Origin: an uncultured virus (IMG/VR IMGVR_UViG_3300037294_000661)
Lineage: Duplodnaviria; Heunggongvirae; Uroviricota; Caudoviricetes
Reading direction: 5' to 3' (one strand)
Length of the DNA stretch: 64,000 nucleotides
IMG/VR virus record: IMGVR_UViG_3300037294_000661
Part shown: positions 1 through 7,776 of the stretch, one piece after another
Layout of the letters: every line of letters starts with the position of its first letter
Position numbering within the stretch: the first letter of the stretch is position 1
Translations under genes and position numbers: made by a program
Notes under the pieces: generated by a model
What the model was told of the DNA's origin: nothing
The model's input: the letters and a program-made list of their open reading frames with translations, nothing else
The model's database searches: none

Positions 1-120
1 TCCCGCCGCTTGGCTCAAAGACACGCTGGAAAAACTCCCCACCTGGCCCAACAGCCGCCTCGATGAACTGCTGCCGCTGGGCAGAATCGCCGAGTAAAGG
101 TGGGGCGGCTGGACGCTTAC
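1..120 (+). mobile_element. Right end of an IS66-family insertion sequence (tnpC 3' end plus terminal inverted repeat)
   Basis: 2..97 encodes PAAWLKDTLEKLPTWPNSRLDELLPLGRIAE*, typical of the IS66 TnpC C-terminus. 111..120 GGACGCTTAC is the reverse complement of the GTAAGCGTCC IS66-type end. Confidence 0.85.
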
Positions 121-372
121 CTTGATGTGCAGCGGGCCGTCGCTGATGTGGGCGGTGCCAAAATCGCGGCCGGAGTCGCGCAGTGCTGTGCGGCCCTGCT
201 CGCCGAAGCGTTGATCCAACGCAGCATCAAGTTTGGTGCGCGTTTTCTTGGCCCAATCGATCAGGTGATCAAGGTTGGCGTCAGCCTCAGCCAGCTGGGC
301 AGGCGGCAGGTTGGCCAGTTGGCTCACCGACATTTCGGCGAGGTCAGCGGGGAATACGGTCAGATCGCTCAT
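121..372 (-). pseudogene. 5' part of a phage-like hypothetical gene interrupted by IS66
   Basis: ATG at 372 reads MSDLTVFPADLAEMSVSQLANLPP...DFGTAHISDGPLHIK with no stop up to the IS end at 120. It follows the AlpA-like gene in the same direction. Confidence 0.7.
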
Positions 373-382
373 GGCCGCCCCC

Positions 383-646
383 TTACTGGTATGCCCGAGC
401 GAAGGTCGAGTAGCGCGAAACGCGCCGCTCGAAGGCTTCGACTTCGGAGATCAGGTAAGTGACACGGGCTCCCAGCTTGCAAAAGACTGGGCCCAAGGAC
501 TCTTGCCGCCAGCGGCGAAGAGTTTTGACTGAGAGCCCCCAGCGGGTGGCGAGCTCGTTTTCATCGATGGCGATGCGCGTGGCACCGTCTCGAACGTTCC
601 GGCGGTGTGGCCGACCGGATTCAACTGATGGGACTTGGTTTTGCAT
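383..646 (-). CDS. AlpA/excisionase-like HTH DNA-binding protein
   Basis: ELATRWGLSVKTLRRWRQESLGPVFCKLGARVTY motif; AGGAGG RBS upstream. Confidence 0.85.
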   Translation of the reverse strand: MQNQVPSVESGRPHRRNVRDGATRIAIDENELATRWGLSVKTLRRWRQESLGPVFCKLGARVTYLISEVEAFERRVSRYSTFARAYQ

Positions 647-731
647 TTCGATGTGCCTCCTTTATGAAATGGGCACATCGAAGTTTCCGCATGGATTTAT
701 GGGTGGTGTCTGGTTCCGTCTATGTGAAACT

Positions 732-1685
732 TTATGGGTTGCGACGCACCCGGTATCGGGCTCGACGCGCTTTTTCAATCACGTCACCTCGAGCCTCTCC
801 ACCACCGAAGGCATCGTCGAACGATTGATAGCCCGTGTTGGCCAGCCCATTGACCTCCGCCCACGACATTTCCGGCGGTGCCTTTCCGAGCTCGCCCCAC
901 ATCACCTTGATGATCTTTGCGCGCTCTGGAGCGAGCTCGCGCGACGTGACGAAATGCGGCAATTTCAAACGGTCGCCCTGAAGGAATTGGTCAGGCTCGG
1001 GGATGCCATTGATCGTCAAGAATCCACGCAAAACCCGGTCGAAGGCACTCGCGTCGAAAACGTCCTGCCCGTCTTCCACGCGAATGAAATCGTTCAGGCT
1101 GCGCATCACATGGTCGCGGGGCAGGTTGTCGCTGCTCGGTCGATGCCGAAGGAGCACACCACCGCGAGGCCATGCCGTGTCACACAGAACTGCCGTCGTA
1201 TCTGAGGTCGGTGCGCGCTCCCATAAACGACCGACAAACACCGGCGCGAAATCGTGGGTGCCAGCGATTCGCGCATTACCGAGGTGCCAGAGGTGATCTG
1301 GTATCCGGGTTCGCCGTTGCGATAGCTGTCGTGGCTCGATGCCGATCAGACTGCACAGATCGGTTAGCCACGTATCAATGCGCAGCGCGTAAAGCACGAT
1401 GTCAGAGAGCGGGCGCGTGACGATCCGAGATCGCTGTTGGGGGCTTCTGTATCGGAACACGCCAGCGTCCTCATCAATATCAGCCTCGACCTCTTCCTCC
1501 GAATCGAGGAAAGGCACCATCACACGGGTCAAGTGGCCATCCTCAACCATCCACCGGCGGCGAATAAATTCGGCGTGGTGGTGGCCGACGGTGGTGGCAA
1601 TCACGCGCGGCTCGACGCTGCGCACGCGCTCAATGGTGTTGAAATATTCCAAATACGCAGACATGGCGTGCTTCTCAGAATTCAC
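732..1685 (-). CDS. Hypothetical protein (317 aa)
   Basis: Long ORF overlapping the end of the upstream gene; no catalytic motif recognised. Confidence 0.75.
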   Translation of the reverse strand: MNSEKHAMSAYLEYFNTIERVRSVEPRVIATTVGHHHAEFIRRRWMVEDGHLTRVMVPFLDSEEEVEADIDEDAGVFRYRSPQQRSRIVTRPLSDIVLYALRIDTWLTDLCSLIGIEPRQLSQRRTRIPDHLWHLGNARIAGTHDFAPVFVGRLWERAPTSDTTAVLCDTAWPRGGVLLRHRPSSDNLPRDHVMRSLNDFIRVEDGQDVFDASAFDRVLRGFLTINGIPEPDQFLQGDRLKLPHFVTSRELAPERAKIIKVMWGELGKAPPEMSWAEVNGLANTGYQSFDDAFGGGEARGDVIEKARRARYRVRRNP

Positions 1686-3111
1686 ACAGGACGCCGATCC
1701 GCGCCAATTGCTCGATCACGCGCTTGCGGTCATCCTCGGTCTTGCTCTTGTCGTTCAACCCGTTGGGCGACGTGATCTGGACGGCCACGTTGTGGGCTTT
1801 GCGGTGCGGTTGCTTTGCCATCCGGAAAACCAGCTTCACCTGTGACAAGGCATAACCGGTCAGATCATCCATGCCGAAATCGTCATAGGCCACTTGGTAG
1901 ATGTGACGCGCATCGCGCCGATCTCGGCCAATCACCAGCGTGCTCGACAGGTTCTGGACAATGTCACGTCCATTGGCTTCATCGGTGGTGCTCTGCTCGA
2001 AGGGGCGTGCAATCTTCACTTGCAGGATCGAGATCTTCTCGACGCCGTCAACACGGTCCTGTTCAAGGCGCTTGAGCATGGCGTGCGTGGAAAAGCCCAG
2101 CAGATCGAACTCGCGCATTGGCATGTCATCAATTGCGCCATCGCAGGCCAGAACGACATCTCGGAAGATGGTGGCCAGCTCGCGGCGAAACTCCTTGTCC
2201 TCACAGAACACGCCGAGCGCACCGGTGCCGGGCTCCCAGGAGAAGTTTGCCGACATGGCGGCAGGCTCTTCGTGGTCAATGACCTCGCCGTCGGCGACTT
2301 GCTTGAAATGCGCCGTCGAGCCATTGAAGGTTGCCGTGAGTGTGTGCAGCAACACCGGCATCGTGTCCTCCGCATCCTCGCCGCCGCAGCGATCCGCGTG
2401 GGCAAGGTCGCGCCGAGTGAACTGCTCGATCAAAATCTGGTCGGGGGCCACCTTTGGGTAAAGGGCCGCAATTCGGGTGCGAAGCACCTCCTTCACGTCG
2501 GCATCAATTTTTGGTTCGATGCCTTTGGGCCCAAGGTAATGGCTGGAGAAGTTTTCGCTTTTCCACTGCCGATGCATCACCTGCAGACGCTCGGCGTGCT
2601 CAAAGCGGTGCTCGGCCTTGACGCCTGCCGATGGGAATTCCTGGAGAAGATGCAGGTACAACGCGCGGCTGTACCGGTCTGTCGGCGCGGCGAGCACCGC
2701 CGCGTCGTCTTCAACGTTTTCGTCGAGCAGGGACTGGACGGCTTGCGCACCGTACTCGTCGTCGAGCAACACTACCAGTTCGGCGGCATGTTCGATGCGT
2801 TGCTGCTTATCGAGCGGCAACTTGGCTACGATGTGGAACAGTGCCTTGCGCGCCGGAATCGGCAACACGCCTTTTGCGGCTTCGACCAGCGCGGCGACTT
2901 CCGGCAGCGTGGTATCGGCGGCGCGCTCGACCAACATCAAGAGGAGCGCCGGTCGCTTGGCCTTGCGCGCCAGGGTGACCAAATGCTCCAGGTAAGGGAG
3001 GACATCGGGGCCATCATCCGATTGCCGGTTGCGAGGTTTCTTTGATGTCTGCTGATCTGCAGCCGACTCTTTTTGTTTTGCGATGTTGTTTTGTTCGACT
3101 GCCGTCATCAT
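1675..3111 (-). CDS. Hypothetical protein (478 aa)
   Basis: Long ORF with an AAAGGA RBS; function not recognised. Confidence 0.8.
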   Translation of the reverse strand: MMTAVEQNNIAKQKESAADQQTSKKPRNRQSDDGPDVLPYLEHLVTLARKAKRPALLLMLVERAADTTLPEVAALVEAAKGVLPIPARKALFHIVAKLPLDKQQRIEHAAELVVLLDDEYGAQAVQSLLDENVEDDAAVLAAPTDRYSRALYLHLLQEFPSAGVKAEHRFEHAERLQVMHRQWKSENFSSHYLGPKGIEPKIDADVKEVLRTRIAALYPKVAPDQILIEQFTRRDLAHADRCGGEDAEDTMPVLLHTLTATFNGSTAHFKQVADGEVIDHEEPAAMSANFSWEPGTGALGVFCEDKEFRRELATIFRDVVLACDGAIDDMPMREFDLLGFSTHAMLKRLEQDRVDGVEKISILQVKIARPFEQSTTDEANGRDIVQNLSSTLVIGRDRRDARHIYQVAYDDFGMDDLTGYALSQVKLVFRMAKQPHRKAHNVAVQITSPNGLNDKSKTEDDRKRVIEQLARIGVLCEF

Positions 3112-3167
3112 GAATTTCCTTTACTGAACTAAGTGCGCGATTGCGCGAACGGTTAATTACTGGTTTC

Positions 3168-3192
3168 AAAAAATGCCGACACGAAGTCGGCA
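3168..3192 (-). terminator. Rho-independent terminator downstream of the immA-like gene
   Basis: A-tract followed by the hairpin TGCCGAC-acgaa-GTCGGCA on +, which reads stem-loop then U-tract on -. Confidence 0.65.
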
Positions 3193-3210
3193 GCTAGGTG
3201 AGAGCAAGGA

Positions 3211-4044
3211 TCAAGCGATACCTGCTCCCGGTGTCAGAAGGCCGTAGCGTTCCATCCGAACCTGGATGAATCGTCGGTGAACGCCGAAGCGTTTTGCCAA
3301 GGCCTTCTGCAGACACTCCATGTCGAAGAAGCCAATGTCACCATCGGCGGTCAGCCGCATCGTGGTGCCGGGCAACTCCGGATCGAGAGATGGACTACGG
3401 TGGATCGTCACACCGTGCTTCGGTGCCAGTACTTCAACCGCGCGGTACAAATGCTGTCGCGGCACAAGCAATGAGCCCATGAATTCATTAGCACGCAGCT
3501 CGGCAAAATGGATATTGCGCTCAAGCTCGCTGTTACGTACTGCGCTCGGCTCTGGCTGTTTTGCCAAGTGCTCGGCGTCACGAGTCTCGGTTCGGTAGGC
3601 CTTGCGTGCCAGCTCCGAAGGGTCGTCGAACAGGCCAGGGCCCTGAGCGGCGGCGGCAATCCAGCTCGGCGCATCAAAAATGGCGTGGCCAAGCTCGTGG
3701 GCAAAGGTACTGAGCACCAGCTCCTCGGATGCCGTGTCACTGATAGGCGAGACGGACAGCATGGTGGCATCCGGTGATGCCTCGGGATCAAACTCGCAAA
3801 CACCCAGTACCGGATTTCCCTGCTCGTCGTTGACGGCGTGCTCGGTGTCGACCCACAAGTCGAACTGGATGCCATTGATTTTCAGTCTGCTGATGTCGCG
3901 CAACACCGACAGCGAGATGGCATCGGTATTGGCATCAACCAGTTGCTGGCGAGCCAGCACTGCAATGCCTTCGACTTCAGAATGTTTGATGTAGCGAGGG
4001 AGTTTCCGGTCGCAGCACCGGTAGGCGAGAGTCAACTCCGGCAT
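3211..4044 (-). CDS. ImmA/IrrE-family zinc metallopeptidase
   Basis: TFAHELGH (HExxH) and ELRANEFMGSLLVP motifs; directly downstream of an XRE gene. Confidence 0.9.
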   Translation of the reverse strand: MPELTLAYRCCDRKLPRYIKHSEVEGIAVLARQQLVDANTDAISLSVLRDISRLKINGIQFDLWVDTEHAVNDEQGNPVLGVCEFDPEASPDATMLSVSPISDTASEELVLSTFAHELGHAIFDAPSWIAAAAQGPGLFDDPSELARKAYRTETRDAEHLAKQPEPSAVRNSELERNIHFAELRANEFMGSLLVPRQHLYRAVEVLAPKHGVTIHRSPSLDPELPGTTMRLTADGDIGFFDMECLQKALAKRFGVHRRFIQVRMERYGLLTPGAGIA

Positions 4045-4323
4045 TCATTTCTCTCCCGTCGCGCGTTTGCGATACATCCGAACGATATCTCCCACGTCCT
4101 CTCGCATGTCCGGCGGGAGGCGACTGGCTTCGATGAAGGCCTCGTCGGGGTTCTCACCAAGAATTTCTGCGGCTTTGCGGATCAGTTCGTCCTTGGGCGG
4201 CTTTTCCATCTCGCGCTCAATGCGCGACCAGTAGGCCGGTGAGATGTCGAGTTGGCGCGCGAAGTCGTTCATCGCAATACCCTTCGCGTCCCGTTTTTGT
4301 CTGATGTAGGTTCCAAAACCCAT
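4045..4323 (-). CDS. XRE-family HTH repressor
   Basis: FGTYIRQKR...FARQLDISPAYWSRIER HTH_3 pattern. Confidence 0.9.
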   Translation of the reverse strand: MGFGTYIRQKRDAKGIAMNDFARQLDISPAYWSRIEREMEKPPKDELIRKAAEILGENPDEAFIEASRLPPDMREDVGDIVRMYRKRATGEK

Positions 4324-4516
4324 GATGTAACCCAGTTGCGTGATTAGTTAATTTACTCAATCATAAAGGCAACAACCACGACCGTCAACTGTTTTGTTAA
4401 CGCGCAATCTACGAATCACTGCGACCGCAAGAAATGACCGCCATTACCCTGCGTTGCCATCCTCTTCGGAAGATCGCGCTCAATATTCATGACAGTTGCT
4501 ATTCCCCGGAGCCGTC

Positions 4517-4711
4517 ATGAACAACATCGAAATCAATCCTCCGTCAGAGATGTCGTCCAGCGCCCGCGCTGCCGAGATCACGACAATCCTTGCGGCCGCC
4601 ATCGTCCGCACCCAGCTTGTGCAGGCCGTCAAACAGAGAGATGTTGACCTTGGCTTACTGCCCGACCAGCGCGTTCATACAACCCCTTATCAAGAAAAGA
4701 GGTTGTCATGA
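4517..4711 (+). CDS. Small hypothetical protein heading the integration module
   Basis: GGAG RBS; ATGA overlap with the next gene. Confidence 0.55.
   Translation: MNNIEINPPSEMSSSARAAEITTILAAAIVRTQLVQAVKQRDVDLGLLPDQRVHTTPYQEKRLS
4649..4678 (+). promoter_or_regulatory. Bipartite motif CTTGGCTT-N10-CAGCGCGTTCAT, copy 1
   Basis: Exact motif ending 30 bp before the DUF2924 ATG; five more copies in the window. Confidence 0.7.
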
Positions 4712-5157
4712 ACGAAAAACAAGCATCCGTCGCCGCGCGCATCTCCGACCTGTCGTGCCTGCCGATGGCCGAGCTCTGGACACTGTGGGATCGGTACTTC
4801 ACCCGCCGACCGGCTTATCCAAACCGCACTCACGTTGAATCCCGCGTCGCTTACAAACTGCAGGAGGATGCATTCGGTGGCCTCGCTGTCGCCACCCGCC
4901 AGCGGCGGGAGGCCATTGGCGCGAAGCATTCCAAGATCAAGCAGCGTGCCAAGCCCCGCGAGTTCAACTTTGCACCGGGAACGGTGCTGTTACGCGAATG
5001 GGGCGAGAGGGAACACAAAGTCACGGTGTCTGCCACCGGCCAGTTTGAATACGAGGGTCGCCCCTTCAAGAGTCTGACCGCCGTGGCGCGGTACATCACC
5101 GGCGCGCGCTGGTCTGGGCCCTTGTTCTTTGGCTTGGCGAAAGGCGGTGCGAAATGA
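4708..5157 (+). CDS. DUF2924-family protein
   Basis: PGTVLLREW...F.YEGRPFKSLTAVARYITGARWSGPLFFGL signature; sits upstream of a serine recombinase. Confidence 0.85.
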   Translation: MNEKQASVAARISDLSCLPMAELWTLWDRYFTRRPAYPNRTHVESRVAYKLQEDAFGGLAVATRQRREAIGAKHSKIKQRAKPREFNFAPGTVLLREWGEREHKVTVSATGQFEYEGRPFKSLTAVARYITGARWSGPLFFGLAKGGAK

Positions 5158-6542
5158 ACGACCCTGTGCAAATCGCCAGCAGCAAGCCCCGCAAACGTTG
5201 CGCCGTCTACTGCCGGGTGTCATCAGACGAACGACTGGATCAGGAATTCAACTCCATCGATGCCCAGAGGGAGGCTGGTCACGCCTACGTTGCCAGCCAG
5301 CGAGCCGAGGGCTGGATTCCGGTGGCCGATGACTACGACGATCCCGGATTTTCCGGGGGCAACACGGATCGCCCCGGGCTGAAACGTTTGCTGGCCGACA
5401 TCCAGCGGGGTCTTGTCGACATCGTCGTGGTCTACAAGATCGACCGTCTCACGCGCAGCCTTGCCGACTTTTCCAAGATGGTCGAGGTGTTCGAGCGCCA
5501 CGGCGTCTCCTTCGTGTCGGTCACCCAGCAGTTCAACACCACCACCTCGATGGGGCGGCTCATGCTTAACGTGCTGCTGTCCTTCGCCCAGTTTGAGCGC
5601 GAGGTCACCGGCGAGCGCATCCGCGACAAAATCGCGGCGGCCAAACGCAAGGGGATGTGGATGGGCGGCGTGCCGACTCTTGGCTACAACGTCGAAAACC
5701 GCCTGCTGGTGATCAACGAAACCGAGGCGGCGGTGGTGCGGCGCATCTTCGAGGAGATGCTGACCATCGGCTCGCCGACGCAGATTGCCGCCAACCTGAC
5801 CGCCGAAGGCATCACCACCAAGGCGTGGACGACGCAAGATGGCCAGATCCGCAACGGGACGCAGATCGACAAAAAGTACCTGCACAAGCTGCTGCGCAAC
5901 CGCATCTTCCTTGGCGAGATTTCCCATAAAGGCAAGTGGTTCCCCGGCGTACACGCGGCCATCATTGAACCCACTCTGTGGGATCGCGTACACGAGGTGC
6001 TGGCCAAGGACGGTCACACCCGGTCGGTGGAAACCAAGATCCGGTCGCGCACCGACGCCTTGCTGCGCGGCCTGTTGTACGCGCCGTCTGGCGAGCGGAT
6101 GTACCCGACCTACTCGCGTAAGAACGGGCGCAAGTACCACTACTACGTGTCCAAGTCGGAGAGCCGCTTTGGCGCACCGGGCAAAACTTACGAGCGCCTG
6201 CCTGCTCCCGAGATTGAGGCGGCGGTGATCGGACAGATCCGCACCGTGCTGACCAGCCCGGAGTCCATTGCATCGGTGGTGCGCTTCATCCAGCGCAATG
6301 GGGCTCAGATTGACGAGGCAACCACGGTGATGGCGATGGGACGGCTGAACGACGTGTGGGAGCAACTGTTTCCGGCAGAGCACCATCGAATTGCAAATCT
6401 GATGATCGAGCGCATCGACCTTGTCCACACCGGTGAGGTTCAGGGCATCAAAGTGAAGTGGCGGGAGATTGGCTGGAATGCGCTGATCGAAGAATTCGCG
6501 CCGACCGGCATTGGTGCCGAATTGCTGGAGGTCGAAGCCTGA
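5154..6542 (+). CDS. Large serine recombinase (integrase) of element A
   Basis: CAVYCRVSS catalytic Ser motif, DRLTRS, FAQFEREV, and a recombinase domain. Confidence 0.95.
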   Translation: MNDPVQIASSKPRKRCAVYCRVSSDERLDQEFNSIDAQREAGHAYVASQRAEGWIPVADDYDDPGFSGGNTDRPGLKRLLADIQRGLVDIVVVYKIDRLTRSLADFSKMVEVFERHGVSFVSVTQQFNTTTSMGRLMLNVLLSFAQFEREVTGERIRDKIAAAKRKGMWMGGVPTLGYNVENRLLVINETEAAVVRRIFEEMLTIGSPTQIAANLTAEGITTKAWTTQDGQIRNGTQIDKKYLHKLLRNRIFLGEISHKGKWFPGVHAAIIEPTLWDRVHEVLAKDGHTRSVETKIRSRTDALLRGLLYAPSGERMYPTYSRKNGRKYHYYVSKSESRFGAPGKTYERLPAPEIEAAVIGQIRTVLTSPESIASVVRFIQRNGAQIDEATTVMAMGRLNDVWEQLFPAEHHRIANLMIERIDLVHTGEVQGIKVKWREIGWNALIEEFAPTGIGAELLEVEA

Positions 6543-6913
6543 TGGATGACTCACTGGAAACCTTCGTGCCCTTGGCGTTTCGCCGCAAGGGGGCACGTCG
6601 TGTGGTCACGGATGACCGGCACGTCCACGACGTGACGCTGCTGGAAGGAGTGGCGAGGGGCTTTTACTGGCAGCAACTGGTCGATACCGGGGCAATGGAA
6701 AGCGGGTCGGACATCGCTCGGGCAGAAGGCCTGCATCCGTCCGTACCCAACGAACTGATGCGCCTAACCTTGCTCGCGCCCGACATCATCGAACTGTTGA
6801 TGACCGGCAGGCAGCCGCGCCGAATGAATCTGATCTGGTTCCAGCGAAACCCGGTGCCGGTGGATTGGGTGGCTCAACGCCAGATCGTGGAACGCTTTGA
6901 GGAGGATGTATGA
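6542..6913 (+). CDS. Recombinase-associated hypothetical protein (HTH-like)
   Basis: TGATG coupling; ARGFYWQQLVD...IARAEG...LMRLTLLAPDII; paralogous to 6910..7383 and 22845..23315. Confidence 0.8.
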   Translation: MDDSLETFVPLAFRRKGARRVVTDDRHVHDVTLLEGVARGFYWQQLVDTGAMESGSDIARAEGLHPSVPNELMRLTLLAPDIIELLMTGRQPRRMNLIWFQRNPVPVDWVAQRQIVERFEEDV

Positions 6914-7383
6914 GCAAGAAACACCGGGGCCGTTACGAGGGTGACGCGGTCACCTACCAATTGCCGTCGCCCGCAGGCGGCGTCCAGTTGGAGACTTTCG
7001 TGCCCTGGACGCTGGTCAAACGGGGCTTGAGGAAGCAGATCATCACGCCATTAGATGCGCCGCAGGAATTCATGGAGGAGGCGCGCCGGGAGCGGCAGGC
7101 CCGCGAGTCAGCGCAGGACACCGCGTTGCTACGCGCCCTCGGGCTGGCCTATCACTGGCAGCGGCTGCTGGACGAACAGCGCATGGGGTCGGTGGCCGAG
7201 ATCGCTGAGGCCGAGGAGATCAACGTGACACAGGTGCGCCGCCTGATGCGGCTGACCTTGCTGGCCCCGGCGGTCGTCGAGCAGTTAGTCGGCACGTCGG
7301 AAACGGCGCTGGAACAATTGATGCGCTGCCCGTGGCCCACCGCGTGGAAAGACCAGATCAGGGTGCTCGCGCCCCCGGCGTGA
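6910..7383 (+). CDS. Recombinase-associated hypothetical protein (HTH-like)
   Basis: ALGLAYHWQRLLD...EIAEAE...LMRLTLLAP; ATGA overlap with the previous gene. Confidence 0.8.
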   Translation: MSKKHRGRYEGDAVTYQLPSPAGGVQLETFVPWTLVKRGLRKQIITPLDAPQEFMEEARRERQARESAQDTALLRALGLAYHWQRLLDEQRMGSVAEIAEAEEINVTQVRRLMRLTLLAPAVVEQLVGTSETALEQLMRCPWPTAWKDQIRVLAPPA

Positions 7384-7403
7384 ACCGACACACTTGTGCC
7401 AAC

Positions 7404-7426
7404 AGCCGCCTCCGGGCGGTTTTTTT
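7404..7426 (+). terminator. Rho-independent terminator of the recombinase operon
   Basis: AGCCGCC-tccg-GGCGGT followed by a T-tract. Confidence 0.8.
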
Positions 7427-7648
7427 ACGCCTTCTTGGTTCTCAGTCGCCGCCGGTACAGCAGTTGCCATTCACAACCCGCACCCCGCAAACCCGCATGA
7501 ATACTGGATACGGGGTCGAAAGCGCTCGCGAGGCAAACAGAGAAAACAGCGAGGAGAGAGGCTGAAAAAGTGCAGGAACTGGCGCAGTCGTGAAGGTGCC
7601 GCGCGCGAGGCAATGGCCCGGAACCGCGCCAACACTGGGGGAACGGGC

Positions 7649-7694
7649 AAAAAAAATCCCAACCGATAAGGGTTGGGATTTCAAATTATGGTGG
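7649..7694 (-). other. Probable right boundary of element A: minus-strand terminator next to TGGTGG (CCACCA on -)
   Basis: A8, the AATCCCAACC/GGTTGGGATT hairpin, then TGGTGG at 7689. The same layout occurs at 23536..23576. Confidence 0.55.
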
Positions 7695-7776
7695 CGTGTG
7701 GCTGACCAAGCTTTTTGTGGACTCCCAAGATTAAACGCAGTGGCGCGGGATTATGAGGAACGGCGCGGGTTTCGCG

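Noticed and set aside
100..462. 120-aa plus-strand ORF
   Set aside because: Spans the IS end and is antisense to the interrupted gene and the AlpA-like gene.
5223..6596. 457-aa minus-strand ORF (and similar long antisense ORFs at 1894..3045, 45112..46275 and 62186..63349)
   Set aside because: Shadows of well-supported genes on the opposite strand.
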